DNA of 32,000 nt. Origin: Candidatus Saccharimonadota bacterium. GTDB taxonomy: Bacteria > Pseudomonadota > Gammaproteobacteria > Enterobacterales > Enterobacteriaceae. Made by a program: the position numbers and the translations under genes. Shown here piece after piece: positions 20,151-29,739 of the stretch (position 1 is its first letter; the number at the start of each line of letters is the position of its first letter). The notes below the pieces were generated by a model. The model was not told the DNA's origin. It saw nothing but the letters and a program-made list of their open reading frames with translations, and searched no databases. The stretch is from assembly GCA_000217635.1 (NCBI GenBank), contig CP001817.1:150001-182000 (forward strand). Reading direction: 5' to 3'.

Positions 20151-21548
20151 GTTTAACCTGTATTTATGGTTATTCTATTTTTTTATGATTATTTAAGGAG
20201 ATCCTTATTATATAGGATTTTTTGATTTATAATGTAATCTAGATTTTCTATTAAATTATTATGTTTATTAATCATATTATTTGATGTGTTTTATAATATA
20301 AAAAAATAGGTATTGTAATTAATAAAAATAATTTTGTAAGTACATAAAATATGTATTTATTTTTTTTATTGCTCTATTGTAGAGATTGATTCTTTATTTT
20401 AATATAAAAATTTTAAATAAAATTATAGATATTTTTTTTAAATCGATTTATTGTTATATAATTTAGTATTATTATATGCATAATTAAGTATTTATTATGA
20501 TAAATAAAATTTATTATCAGGATAGATTTTTATTTCTTATGTTTGAAAACATTAAATTCTTATATATTTTATAGATATTTAATAGATAAAATATAAAAAA
20601 AATTAATTTTTAAAAGATATCAAACATTAATAAAAAGTAAATTAGGATATATTTTGATTTTTAAAAAATATGTTAAAAAAATTTTTTATTTAATAATATT
20701 AAATATATTATATAAATAATGAACTGGATATAATATTAACTATGGTTTTATTTTTTATTTGTTCTTATATAGAATTAAATATATTTTTAATTTGAAAAAT
20801 TACGATTTTTAATAAAAAAAATTTTAAATTTGATTAATTATTTATAATTTATAGTTGCAATAATAATAAATTATTTTATATGACTTTATAATGTTATATC
20901 TCTATTTGAGATAATATGATAATAATGAATTATTTATTTTTTAGATATTTTTATTTGTAAAAGAGTATAAGTGGTTTTATAGTTTTATTATTAAAGATAA
21001 TGCATCACTTTTTTTCTTTTTACTTTTATTTATTAACTGCAACACTTATTATTAATAAGTATAGCTAATAATATTAAATTATTATACATGAATAATGTAA
21101 AAGGTTTTAATTCAATTGTATAAAATTTTAAAAATGATTTTTTTTTGTTTAAATTTTTTTTTAGAATTTTATAACATTAAAAAAGATATTATTTATTTTA
21201 ATAAATATTAAATTTAATAACTTTTAATATTAAAAATATAATTGTAAAAATATATGTTGTATTATTATTAAATAATCAATATTGTTTTTTAAAAAAGATA
21301 CATGCTATATCTTATATAATATAATGTAATATTTTATATGTAAAAAAATATTAAGTTTTAAAATAAAAATTTTAAAAAATTTTTTATTACACCAATATAG
21401 ATGTTTATTAATTTTATTAATTTTAAATTATTATATATATATTTTTAAATGATAAAAATTTAATGTCATTTAAAGTATTAGAAAATTTTTTATTTTTATT
21501 TATATAATATTATTTTTAATATGTATTATATTAATAAAATATATAGAA
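20151..21548. other. 1.4-kb non-coding spacer where the ftsL-ftsI-murE-murF-mraY-murD-ftsW-murG-murC-ddlB-ftsQ block sits in E. coli
   Basis: It is flanked by ftsA (start 20150) and rsmH (stop 21549) on the same strand. There is no ORF in the track, G/C is almost absent, and I found no recognisable remnant peptide in any frame. Confidence 0.7.
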
Positions 21549-22469
21549 TTATCTTATTTCACATATACGTAATATTGCGCTGCGTGCACGAGGATTTTTT
21601 TGAATTTCAGATATATTTGGTTTAATACGTTTAATAAAACGTATTTTTTTTTTTATTTTTCTTATTTGCAATTCAGTAATAGGAAGTTTTTTAGGTATAT
21701 TTGGATAATTACTGTAATTCTTAATAAAGTTTTTTACAATCCTATCTTCAATAGAATGAAAACTAATAATAGCAATTTTTGATCCGGAATGTAATATGTT
21801 AATAATAATTTTTAATATTTTATGTAATTCATTTATTTCTTGGTTAATATATATTCGAAAAGCTTGAAATGTTCTCGTAGCTGGATGTTTAAATTTGTCA
21901 TATTTTGGGATTGATTTTTTTATGATTTGAACTAACTCTAACGTGCTTGTTATGGTTTTTTTTTTTATTTGTAATATGATGGCTCGGGATATTTTTTTTG
22001 CGTATTTTTCTTCGCCAAAATTTTTTATTACCTGTTCTATTGTTTTTTGGTTTGTTTTTTTTAACCATTGACTAACTGATATTCCAGATTTAGGGTTCAT
22101 ACGCATATCTAAAGGTCCATCATTCATAAATGAAAATCCTCGGATACTAGAATTTAACTGTATTGAAGAAATACCTAAATCTAATAATATTCCATCTATT
22201 TTATCTCTATTTTTTTCTTTTTTTAATATTTTTTCAATATTAGAAAATTTACCTAAAAATATTTTAAATCGCGAATCTTTTATTTTTTTTCCGATTTTTA
22301 TAGATTGTGGGTCTTGATCAATACTATATAACTTTCCATTAACCCCTAATTCTTGAAGAATTGCTTTTGAATGACCACCACCTCCAAATGTACAATCAAC
22401 ATATGTACCGTCTTTTTTTATTTTTAAGTATTGTATGATTTCTTTTGTTAAAACAGGTTTATGAATCAT
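21549..22469 (-). CDS. rsmH: 16S rRNA (cytosine1402-N4)-methyltransferase
   Basis: 306-aa ORF. HKPVLTKE, DCTFGGGGHS, LLDLGISS, GPLDMRM, FKHPATRTFQAFRIYIN, SFHSIEDRIVK and NPRARSAILRI. Collinear with E. coli RsmH (313 aa). Contains two in-frame A11 tracts (T11 on + strand at 21644-21654 and 21956-21966). Confidence 0.93.
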   Translation of the reverse strand: MIHKPVLTKEIIQYLKIKKDGTYVDCTFGGGGHSKAILQELGVNGKLYSIDQDPQSIKIGKKIKDSRFKIFLGKFSNIEKILKKEKNRDKIDGILLDLGISSIQLNSSIRGFSFMNDGPLDMRMNPKSGISVSQWLKKTNQKTIEQVIKNFGEEKYAKKISRAIILQIKKKTITSTLELVQIIKKSIPKYDKFKHPATRTFQAFRIYINQEINELHKILKIIINILHSGSKIAIISFHSIEDRIVKNFIKNYSNYPNIPKKLPITELQIRKIKKKIRFIKRIKPNISEIQKNPRARSAILRICEIR

Positions 22470-22583
22470 AATTTTTATTACCTTAATGTAGAAATTTTTT
22501 ATTTAATAAATAAAATATTTTAAATAAATAATTTTTTTTTAATAATTCATTTATATTTTAAATAACTTATTTGTTTAGTATTA

Positions 22584-23096
22584 TTAATCATTAATAGTCT
22601 CATGTTTTTTTTTATAAAATTCTTTACTAATACTTATAACCCCAGATCTAACGGTTTCTATTACTTTAAATAGTTGTTTTATAATATATAAAAAATTATC
22701 GATAATGTTGCTTGTTCCAAATATTTGAATGGTATATGTATGAGCAGTAATATGAATAATATCACCGTGGTATAATTTTATTAATTGTGTAATATCAAAT
22801 TTTTTTTCATTTTCTTTTATATTAATTGTGATTAATAAAATTTCTCTTTCAATATATTGTCCTTTTTTCATCTCGGAAACACGAAATACATCGATCAATT
22901 TATGTAATTGTTTTTCAATTTGTTCAATTATCTTTTGATCTCCATGGGTTTGAATAGTCATTTTAGATAAAGTTGGATCTTCAGTAGGTGCTACAGTTAA
23001 ACTATCAATATTGTACCCACGTTGTGAAAATAGCCCTATTACTCTAGATAAAGCTCCCGATTCATTTTCTAAAAGAATGGATAGTATTCTTTTCAT
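22584..23096 (-). CDS. ilvH: acetolactate synthase III small (regulatory) subunit
   Basis: 170-aa [53 protein letters not shown] is nearly identical in pattern to the E. coli IlvH N-terminus. Confidence 0.94.
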   Translation of the reverse strand: MKRILSILLENESGALSRVIGLFSQRGYNIDSLTVAPTEDPTLSKMTIQTHGDQKIIEQIEKQLHKLIDVFRVSEMKKGQYIEREILLITINIKENEKKFDITQLIKLYHGDIIHITAHTYTIQIFGTSNIIDNFLYIIKQLFKVIETVRSGVISISKEFYKKKHETIND

Positions 23097-23107
23097 ATTA
23101 TTTAACC

Positions 23108-24822
23108 TTAATTTCTTAATAACATTTCATTCATCCCGCCATTTTTTATTTGCATAGGATAAATATGTTCAGTTGGATCAATATGTATATCTAAAAATAC
23201 TAAAGATCCATGATTAACTATGTTAATCGCATGTAATAATTTTTTTTAATGTCAGAAGGTTTATTAATTATTAAGCCAATATGTCCATATGATTCTACTA
23301 ATTTTACAAAATTTGGTAATGATTTCATATATGAATGTGAATGTCGTCCAGAATATATCATATCTTGCCACTGTTTCACCATACCTAAAGATTGATTATT
23401 TAAATTGATTATTAAAATAGCTATTTTATATTGTTTTGCAGTAGATAGTTCTTGGATATTCATTTGAATACTTCCATCACCAGTAATGCATATTACTAAT
23501 TCGTTTGGAAAAGCTAATTTTACACCGAGAGCAGCTGGAAGTCCAAAACCCATAGTTCCTAATCCACCTGAATTAATCCAATGACGCGGTTTTTTAAAAT
23601 TATAATATAATGCAGTAAACATTTGATGCTGTCCAACATCTGAAGTAATATATGCATTTCCTTGAGTTAAAGAAGATAACTCTTTTATTACACCTTGTGG
23701 TTTAATAAAATTTTGAGAATTTTGATATTGAAGACATTGTATTTGTTTCCATTGATCAATTAGCTTCCACCATGCACATAAATAATTTTTTTCTCTTATA
23801 TTATTTTTTTTGTTTAAAAAATATAAGATTTCTTTTAAAATAATTTTAGCATCACCAACAATAGGAATATGCGCTGTAATTGTTTTAGAAATAGATGTAG
23901 GATCTATATCAATATGTATTATTTTAGCGGTTGGACAATACTTTTTAATGTTATTTGTTGTACGATCATCAAAACGTACCCCGATAGCTAAAATAACGTC
24001 GGAATAATGTATTGCCATATTAGCTTCATAGGTACCATGCATACCTAACATGGATAAGTTTTGTGGATGATCTCCGGGAAATGCGCCTAATGACATTAAA
24101 GATAAAACAACAGGAATATTTAATTTTGTTGCCAATTGATATAATTCTGAATGACTATTTGAATTAATGATTCCGCCTCCAGCATAAATAATCGGTTTTT
24201 TTGCTTTTATAAAAATTTTTATTGCTTTTTTAATTTGACCTATATGTCCATTTTTAATGGGATTATATGATCGAATATTGATTGATTCTGGCCATATATA
24301 ATTTTTTTTTATATTTTGATCTAATATATTTTTAGGTAAATCTATTACTACTGGTCCTGGTCGACCGCTTGTAGCTAATAAAAAAGATTTTTTAAAAATT
24401 TCTGGAATTTCTTCAGTTTTTTGTACTAAGAAACTATGCTTAACAATAGGGCGAGAAATCCCAATCATATCACATTCTTGAAATGCATCATAACCCATTA
24501 GTTCTGAAGAAACTTGACCTGAAATTATTAATAAAGGAATAGAATCCATATAAGCTGTTGCAATTCCAGTAATAGAATTGGTAGCTCCAGGCCCTGAAGT
24601 TACTAATACTACTCCAATTTTTCCAGTTGCCCGTGCATAACCATCAGCCATATGTGCGGCACCTTGTTCGTGTCTTACTAAAATGTGCTTTATTTTTTTT
24701 CCGATTGTTTTAAATGCATCATATATATCTAATACAGCGCCACCAGGGTATCCAAATATAATTTTAATATTTAAATCAATTAGTGATTGAATGACCATTT
24801 CAGCGCCTGATAATAACTTCAT
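23108..24822 (-). CDS. ilvI: acetolactate synthase III large subunit, with a 1-nt frameshift in an A8 tract ~45 codons before the ancestral stop
   Basis: The true start is ATG 24822 ([28 protein letters not shown] vs E. coli [28 protein letters not shown]), with AAGGA upstream. The 40-codon extension in the ORF track is low-complexity. ThDP motif [14 protein letters not shown]...[12 protein letters not shown] is present. The zero frame stops at 23218-23220. The -1 frame gives [43 protein letters not shown] then a stop (TAA 23108-23110), collinear with the E. coli C-terminus. Confidence 0.9.
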
Positions 24823-25077
24823 AGTATATGGTCCTTTTTTTATATATTTTTTTTTTAATTTCTTTATTTTAGTAAAAATTTTTATTTTATTATTTTTTAA
24901 AGTAAAATAACAAATAATTTTTTTTATTAATATAGTATACATATTTTAATATTATTAAAAAAACTTTTATGTTTAGTTTTTTTTAAATTTTTATTTTATG
25001 TAATATTAAAATTATTTTTTATGTTATGTTTTTTTAATTTTTAATTATATAAATATTTTTTTTATATAATATTTTCA

Positions 25078-25095
25078 CCGTCTTATATAAGACGG
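25078..25095. terminator. perfect 18-bp palindrome ccgtcttatataagacgg between dapD stop and ilvI start; possible dapD terminator hairpin
   Basis: 7-bp G/C-containing stem (ccgtctt/aagacgg) around atat, 59 nt downstream of the dapD stop on the minus strand. It is the only G/C cluster in this spacer. There is no U-run directly after it. Confidence 0.35.
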
Positions 25096-25153
25096 ATAAA
25101 AATATTATATATATTATTATGCATATAAATATTGATTATTATTAAAAAAAATA

Positions 25154-25942
25154 TTAATTTTCTCGGAGCAATAAATTAAGTTCGGTTTTTTTTAATGTTT
25201 TATAATCTACTTTTTTAACAATAACAGCGCAATATAAGTTAATTTTTTTATCCGTTGAGGGAAGAGATCCAGGTACTACTACTGATCCATTTGGAACTTT
25301 TCCATAAAAAATATTATTTGTTTCGCGATCATAAATTTTTGTACTTTGTCCGATGTACACGCCCATAGAGATGACAGATCCTTGACCAATTATTACACCT
25401 TCTACTATTTCTGAGCGCGCACCAATAAAACAATTATCTTCAATAATTGTAGGATTATTTTGTAGAGGTTCTAATACACCACCTATACCAACTCCTCCGG
25501 ATAAATGAACATTTTTTCCGATTTGAGCGCAAGATCCAACAGTTGCCCATGTGTCAATCATGCTATTTTTTCCAATATGAGCTCCGATATTAACAAAACT
25601 AGGCATAAGTATAACATTTTTATCAATAAATGAACCATATCTAACGGTTGCATATGGTATAATACGAATATTATCATTAATAAATTGATTTTCATCATAT
25701 TTTTTATATTTTAAAGGTATTTTGTCATAATATGAGTTTTCGGCGCATTTGAATATTTTATTTTTTTTTGAGTATAAATATAATAATACGGATTTTTTAA
25801 TCCATTGGTGAGTTATCCAGGTTTTATTAATTTTTTCGGATACTTTAATTTTACCAAAATTTAATAAATCAATAGCTTTATTTATTATTTTTTTATCTTT
25901 AGCTTGAATAATATAGTTTTTTATTTTATTTTTTTTGATCAT
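25154..25942 (-). CDS. dapD: tetrahydrodipicolinate N-succinyltransferase
   Basis: 262-aa [16 protein letters not shown] and hexapeptide-repeat core [51 protein letters not shown] are nearly identical to E. coli DapD. Confidence 0.95.
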   Translation of the reverse strand: MIKKNKIKNYIIQAKDKKIINKAIDLLNFGKIKVSEKINKTWITHQWIKKSVLLYLYSKKNKIFKCAENSYYDKIPLKYKKYDENQFINDNIRIIPYATVRYGSFIDKNVILMPSFVNIGAHIGKNSMIDTWATVGSCAQIGKNVHLSGGVGIGGVLEPLQNNPTIIEDNCFIGARSEIVEGVIIGQGSVISMGVYIGQSTKIYDRETNNIFYGKVPNGSVVVPGSLPSTDKKINLYCAVIVKKVDYKTLKKTELNLLLREN

Positions 25943-26117
25943 AAATATAATCTATATTTTTTTTAGTTCTAACATGTTAATATATAACCTTTCTAAAATG
26001 ATAAACAGTTTAAATCTATTTATTTTTTTGTTAATTTTTATACTATGATATAATTTATTTGGTTTAATATTAGAATTAGATCAATTTTTATAAAAAGTTT
26101 AAAAATATTTGAATGAC

Positions 26118-26909
26118 TTAAGAGTTAATAAAAATTTTTGGGATATTTTCGTTATTTTGTATAGTGAGTATTTCACATCCGTTATTTGTGATTAAAATAG
26201 TATGTTCATATTGTGCTGATAAACCCTTATCTCTTGTTTTTATGGTCCATCCATCTTTAGAACAGTATACATCTGGTGATTTTTCATTTATCATAGGCTC
26301 GATAGTAAATGTCATTCCAGACTTTAAAATTATATCATTTTCAGTGTTTTCATAGTGTAATACTTGTGGTAACTCATGAAAATTTTTCCCGATTCCGTGA
26401 CCGCAATATTCTCTAACTATAGAAAAATTGCTTTTTTTAATATAATTTTGAATAACTTTTCCAATACCAGATATCGGTACTCCGGGTTTAACATATTTTA
26501 AAGATTCATAAAGACAATTTTTAGCCATATTACATAATAATTTTTTTTGTTCGTTTATTTTTCCGACATAAAACATTTTTGAAGCGTCACTATAATAGTT
26601 ATTTTTAATAACCGCTACATCTATATTAACGATATCTCCTTCCATTAAAAAAATATTTTTATTCGGAATTCCATGGCATACAACATCATTAACTGAGATA
26701 CATATAGATTTTGGAAATTTATGATATCCAAGACATGCTGGTATAGCTTTTTTTTTTTTTGTTATATAATCGTGACAAATTTGATTAATTTCATCAGTAG
26801 AAATAAAAGGTTTAATATGATGTTTAATCATTTCTAATACATTAGCGGTAATTTTTCCTGAAATGCGCATATATTCGATTTCTTTTTTATTTTTTAATGA
26901 TATTTTCAT
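26118..26909 (-). CDS. map: methionine aminopeptidase type I
   Basis: 263-aa ORF (E. coli 264 aa). ACLGYHKFPKSICISVNDVVCHGIP, DIVNIDV, GHGIG, EPM and QYEHTILIT metal-ligand contexts. Contains an in-frame A13 tract (T13 on + strand 26748-26760) encoding TKKKK. Confidence 0.95.
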   Translation of the reverse strand: MKISLKNKKEIEYMRISGKITANVLEMIKHHIKPFISTDEINQICHDYITKKKKAIPACLGYHKFPKSICISVNDVVCHGIPNKNIFLMEGDIVNIDVAVIKNNYYSDASKMFYVGKINEQKKLLCNMAKNCLYESLKYVKPGVPISGIGKVIQNYIKKSNFSIVREYCGHGIGKNFHELPQVLHYENTENDIILKSGMTFTIEPMINEKSPDVYCSKDGWTIKTRDKGLSAQYEHTILITNNGCEILTIQNNENIPKIFINS

Positions 26910-27328
26910 AATTTTAAATTTTTATATAGTTAATTTAATTGATATTTTATTGTAATTAAAAGTTTTTTATCTATATTTTTTATATATAATGTTTTTAAGT
27001 TTATTTATTAAATAATATATATAAGTAGATATTTAAAATATTTTATTTATATATCAAATTTTTTATGTAAAATTGTTATTATATGGTGTATTTTATATAA
27101 AGGATTATAAGAGGTAACTAATATAATATATACTATACTATACTATATAGAATAATCATTCTATATTAAAGGTTATATATAAAAATTATGAGAATTATTT
27201 TTTTTATTTAAGATTAAAAATTTTTTTTAATTTACTTAATTTTTTACTATTTATAATATAGTATAAAATATATTTAAGTTTTATTATTTTTTTAATTATG
27301 AATGGTAAAAATTTTTTTAAATATTTTA

Positions 27329-27333
27329 GAGGG
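27329..27333 (+). promoter_or_regulatory. Shine-Dalgarno GAGGG, 5 nt upstream of the rpsB ATG
   Basis: The sequence reads ttttaGAGGGttatcATG. Confidence 0.55.
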
Positions 27334-27338
27334 TTATC

Positions 27339-28055
27339 ATGGATATTAAATTAATGAAAGATATGATTACAGCCGGAGTACATTTCGGACATCAAACACG
27401 ATTTTGGAATCCTAAAATGAAACCTTTTATTTTTGGAATACAAAATAAAGTACATATTATTAATTTAGAAAAAACTGTCCCATTATTTCAAAGTGCTATT
27501 AAAGAATTACAGAATACTATTAAAAAAAATGGAAAAATATTGTTTGTAGGGACTAAGCGTGCAGCAAGTAGTTTAATTAAAGAATCAGCGATTTTATGTA
27601 AACAATTTTACGTAAATAAACGTTGGTTAGGTGGTATGCTAACAAATTGGAAAACTGTACGTCAATCCATTAAAAAATTAAAAGATTTAGAGTTACAATC
27701 TCAAGATGGAACATTTGAAAAATTAACAAAAAAAGAGGTTTTATTACGAATGCGTTCATTGCAAAAATTAGAAAATAGTTTAGGTGGAATTAAAAATATG
27801 GGAGGTTTGCCAGACGCTATCTTTATTATTGATACACTTTATGAAAATATTGCAATACAGGAAGCTAATAATTTAGGAATTCCAGTATTTGCCATTGTAG
27901 ATACTAATTCTAGTCCCGATGGTATCGATTACATTATTCCAGGAAATGATGATGCAATTCGGTCTATTAAATTATATTTAAACATACTTACATTAGAATT
28001 ATTAAAAATATTTCCTAAAAAAAATATTTCACAGTATATTAAAAGTCCTACATAA
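27339..28055 (+). CDS. rpsB: 30S ribosomal protein S2
   Basis: 238-aa [45 protein letters not shown] and [18 protein letters not shown]. Collinear with E. coli S2. Confidence 0.96.
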   Translation: MDIKLMKDMITAGVHFGHQTRFWNPKMKPFIFGIQNKVHIINLEKTVPLFQSAIKELQNTIKKNGKILFVGTKRAASSLIKESAILCKQFYVNKRWLGGMLTNWKTVRQSIKKLKDLELQSQDGTFEKLTKKEVLLRMRSLQKLENSLGGIKNMGGLPDAIFIIDTLYENIAIQEANNLGIPVFAIVDTNSSPDGIDYIIPGNDDAIRSIKLYLNILTLELLKIFPKKNISQYIKSPT

Positions 28056-28175
28056 AATATTAATTTTTATTTTTTTTTAATATTTAAAGGTAAATATCTA
28101 TTTTCAATTAAAATTTAATTTACAGTATTAAATAGTAAAAAAATAAGATCATATACTTTATTAAGGGTGAAACCA

Positions 28176-28982
28176 ATGGATCATTTATTTTTGTTAATAA
28201 AAGAATTAAGAAAAAAAACTGGATCAGGATTAATAGATTGTAAAAATGCTTTGATACATACTCGTGGTGATATTAATAAAGCAATTGATTATTTAAGAAG
28301 CTCTGGAACTTGTTTAGCATTAAATAAACTTTCTAATAAAACAACAGAAGGTGGTGTATTTGTTTGTATACATAATACTACAGGTTTTATATTAGAATTA
28401 AATGCAGAAACAGATTTTGTTACACATACTAATGAATTTAAAAAATTTGGTCAAGAATTAGTAAATTATGCAAGTAAACATGATATTGATAATGTAAATG
28501 TTTTAAAAAAAATATTTAAAAAAGAAATAGTTTCTTTAATTACTAAAGTGTCAGAAAATATTAAAATTAATAGAATTAAAAAAATCTTTGGAAATATAAT
28601 AATTTCGTATATTCATATGAATAAAATTGGTGTTCTTGTCGCTTCTTCTAATTTAGAATTATCATTGAAACAAAAAGAATGTATGAAAAATATTGCTATG
28701 CATATTGTTGCATTAAATCCAATATGTTTAACGCAAAAAGAAATTCCACAAAATATTATAGATCGTGAATTATCTATTCAAACGGAATTAGCGAAAAAAA
28801 CAGGTAAATCTGCTTTATTGTTACAAAGAATTATAGATGGTCGTATGAAAAAATTTATTAATAATAATACATTATTAAATCAAAAATTTGTTATGGATAT
28901 TAAAAAAAATATTCGAGAATTTTTAGAAGAAAATAAGGTTTCACTTAGTGGTTTTATTAGACTACAAGTAGGTACAGCATAA
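28176..28982 (+). CDS. tsf: elongation factor Ts
   Basis: The ORF track starts at GTG 28167. I prefer ATG 28176 (MDHLFLLIKELRKKTGSGLIDCKNAL vs E. coli [27 protein letters not shown]) because AAGGGTG lies just upstream and the N-terminal length fits better. Ends GFIRLQVGTA, about 20 residues shorter than E. coli. Confidence 0.9.
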   Translation: MDHLFLLIKELRKKTGSGLIDCKNALIHTRGDINKAIDYLRSSGTCLALNKLSNKTTEGGVFVCIHNTTGFILELNAETDFVTHTNEFKKFGQELVNYASKHDIDNVNVLKKIFKKEIVSLITKVSENIKINRIKKIFGNIIISYIHMNKIGVLVASSNLELSLKQKECMKNIAMHIVALNPICLTQKEIPQNIIDRELSIQTELAKKTGKSALLLQRIIDGRMKKFINNNTLLNQKFVMDIKKNIREFLEENKVSLSGFIRLQVGTA

Positions 28983-29739
28983 TTCTTCATTAATTGTTTA
29001 ATAATTTGAAGTGATTTATTAAAGTTGGTTTTATTTTAATTTATAGTATTTAAGGTAGTTTTATAAAAATAAGTATTACTATTAATTTTAAAAAATTTAA
29101 TTGATTAATAAAATATAATTTTTAATATATTAAATAAATTAATTATTTTATGTAATATTTTTAAATATCAATATATTTATTTGATTATTATAATAATTTC
29201 TAAGAGTTATAAAAATTAAAATAGAATATATACATACTTTTAATTATTAATTGAATATTTATAAATAATGATTTTTTTTTCTCATTTTTTAAATGGTATT
29301 TTAATAGATCAAAAATAATAGATTTTATTGAAAAGATTAATTGATGATTATATTTATATAATTTTTATTATATTAGTTGTTTACTATTCATAATTAATAA
29401 TATGATTTTTATATATTTAATATTAAAATGGGTTTTTATAATGATTTATAATATTTTTATGAAAATTACTTAGTTTTATTCTTATTGTAAGAAATATTAT
29501 TTTATTGATTAATATAAAATATTAATAAAAAATATACTTTTAAAGAACATAATATATAAGTATATTAAAGTGATTAAATAAATGTTTTTAATATCTTTAA
29601 GTAATTTTTTTTCTAAATATATTAATGTAATATCTGTTATTATTGGATTATATTTAATATATAAAAAAAATAAAAATTTTTTTTAAGTTCTTATTAATTT
29701 TATAATTAATTCTAATACTTATATAAGGATTTCTAAAAA
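28983..29739. other. 757-bp non-coding spacer occupying the position (and roughly the length) of pyrH
   Basis: In E. coli the order is rpsB-tsf-pyrH-frr and pyrH is ~0.73 kb. Here tsf and frr are separated by 757 nt with no ORF, almost no G/C and no recognisable UMP-kinase motif in any frame. Confidence 0.6.

Noticed and set aside
24823-24942. 40-codon N-terminal extension of the ilvI ORF ([23 protein letters not shown]...).
   Set aside because: Homology to IlvI begins exactly at the internal ATG 24822, which has an AAGGA Shine-Dalgarno. The extension is low-complexity read-through of the upstream spacer.
27131-27165. Tandem pentamer tacta x3 followed by an 8-bp A/T hairpin (tatagaat aatc attctata) in the map-rpsB divergent spacer.
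   Set aside because: Very short low-complexity repeat. It could touch a promoter, but I cannot support any function from sequence alone.
28167-28175. GTG start for tsf given by the ORF track, and the analogous ATG 6682 start for dksA.
   Set aside because: The downstream ATGs (28176 for tsf, 6670 for dksA) give N-termini collinear in length with the E. coli proteins and have better purine-rich upstream elements.
28983-29739. Attempt to find residual PyrH motifs (for example GTGNPFFTTD) by eye in all frames of the tsf-frr spacer.
   Set aside because: Nothing recognisable was found. I report only the positional and length correspondence, not a pseudogene call.
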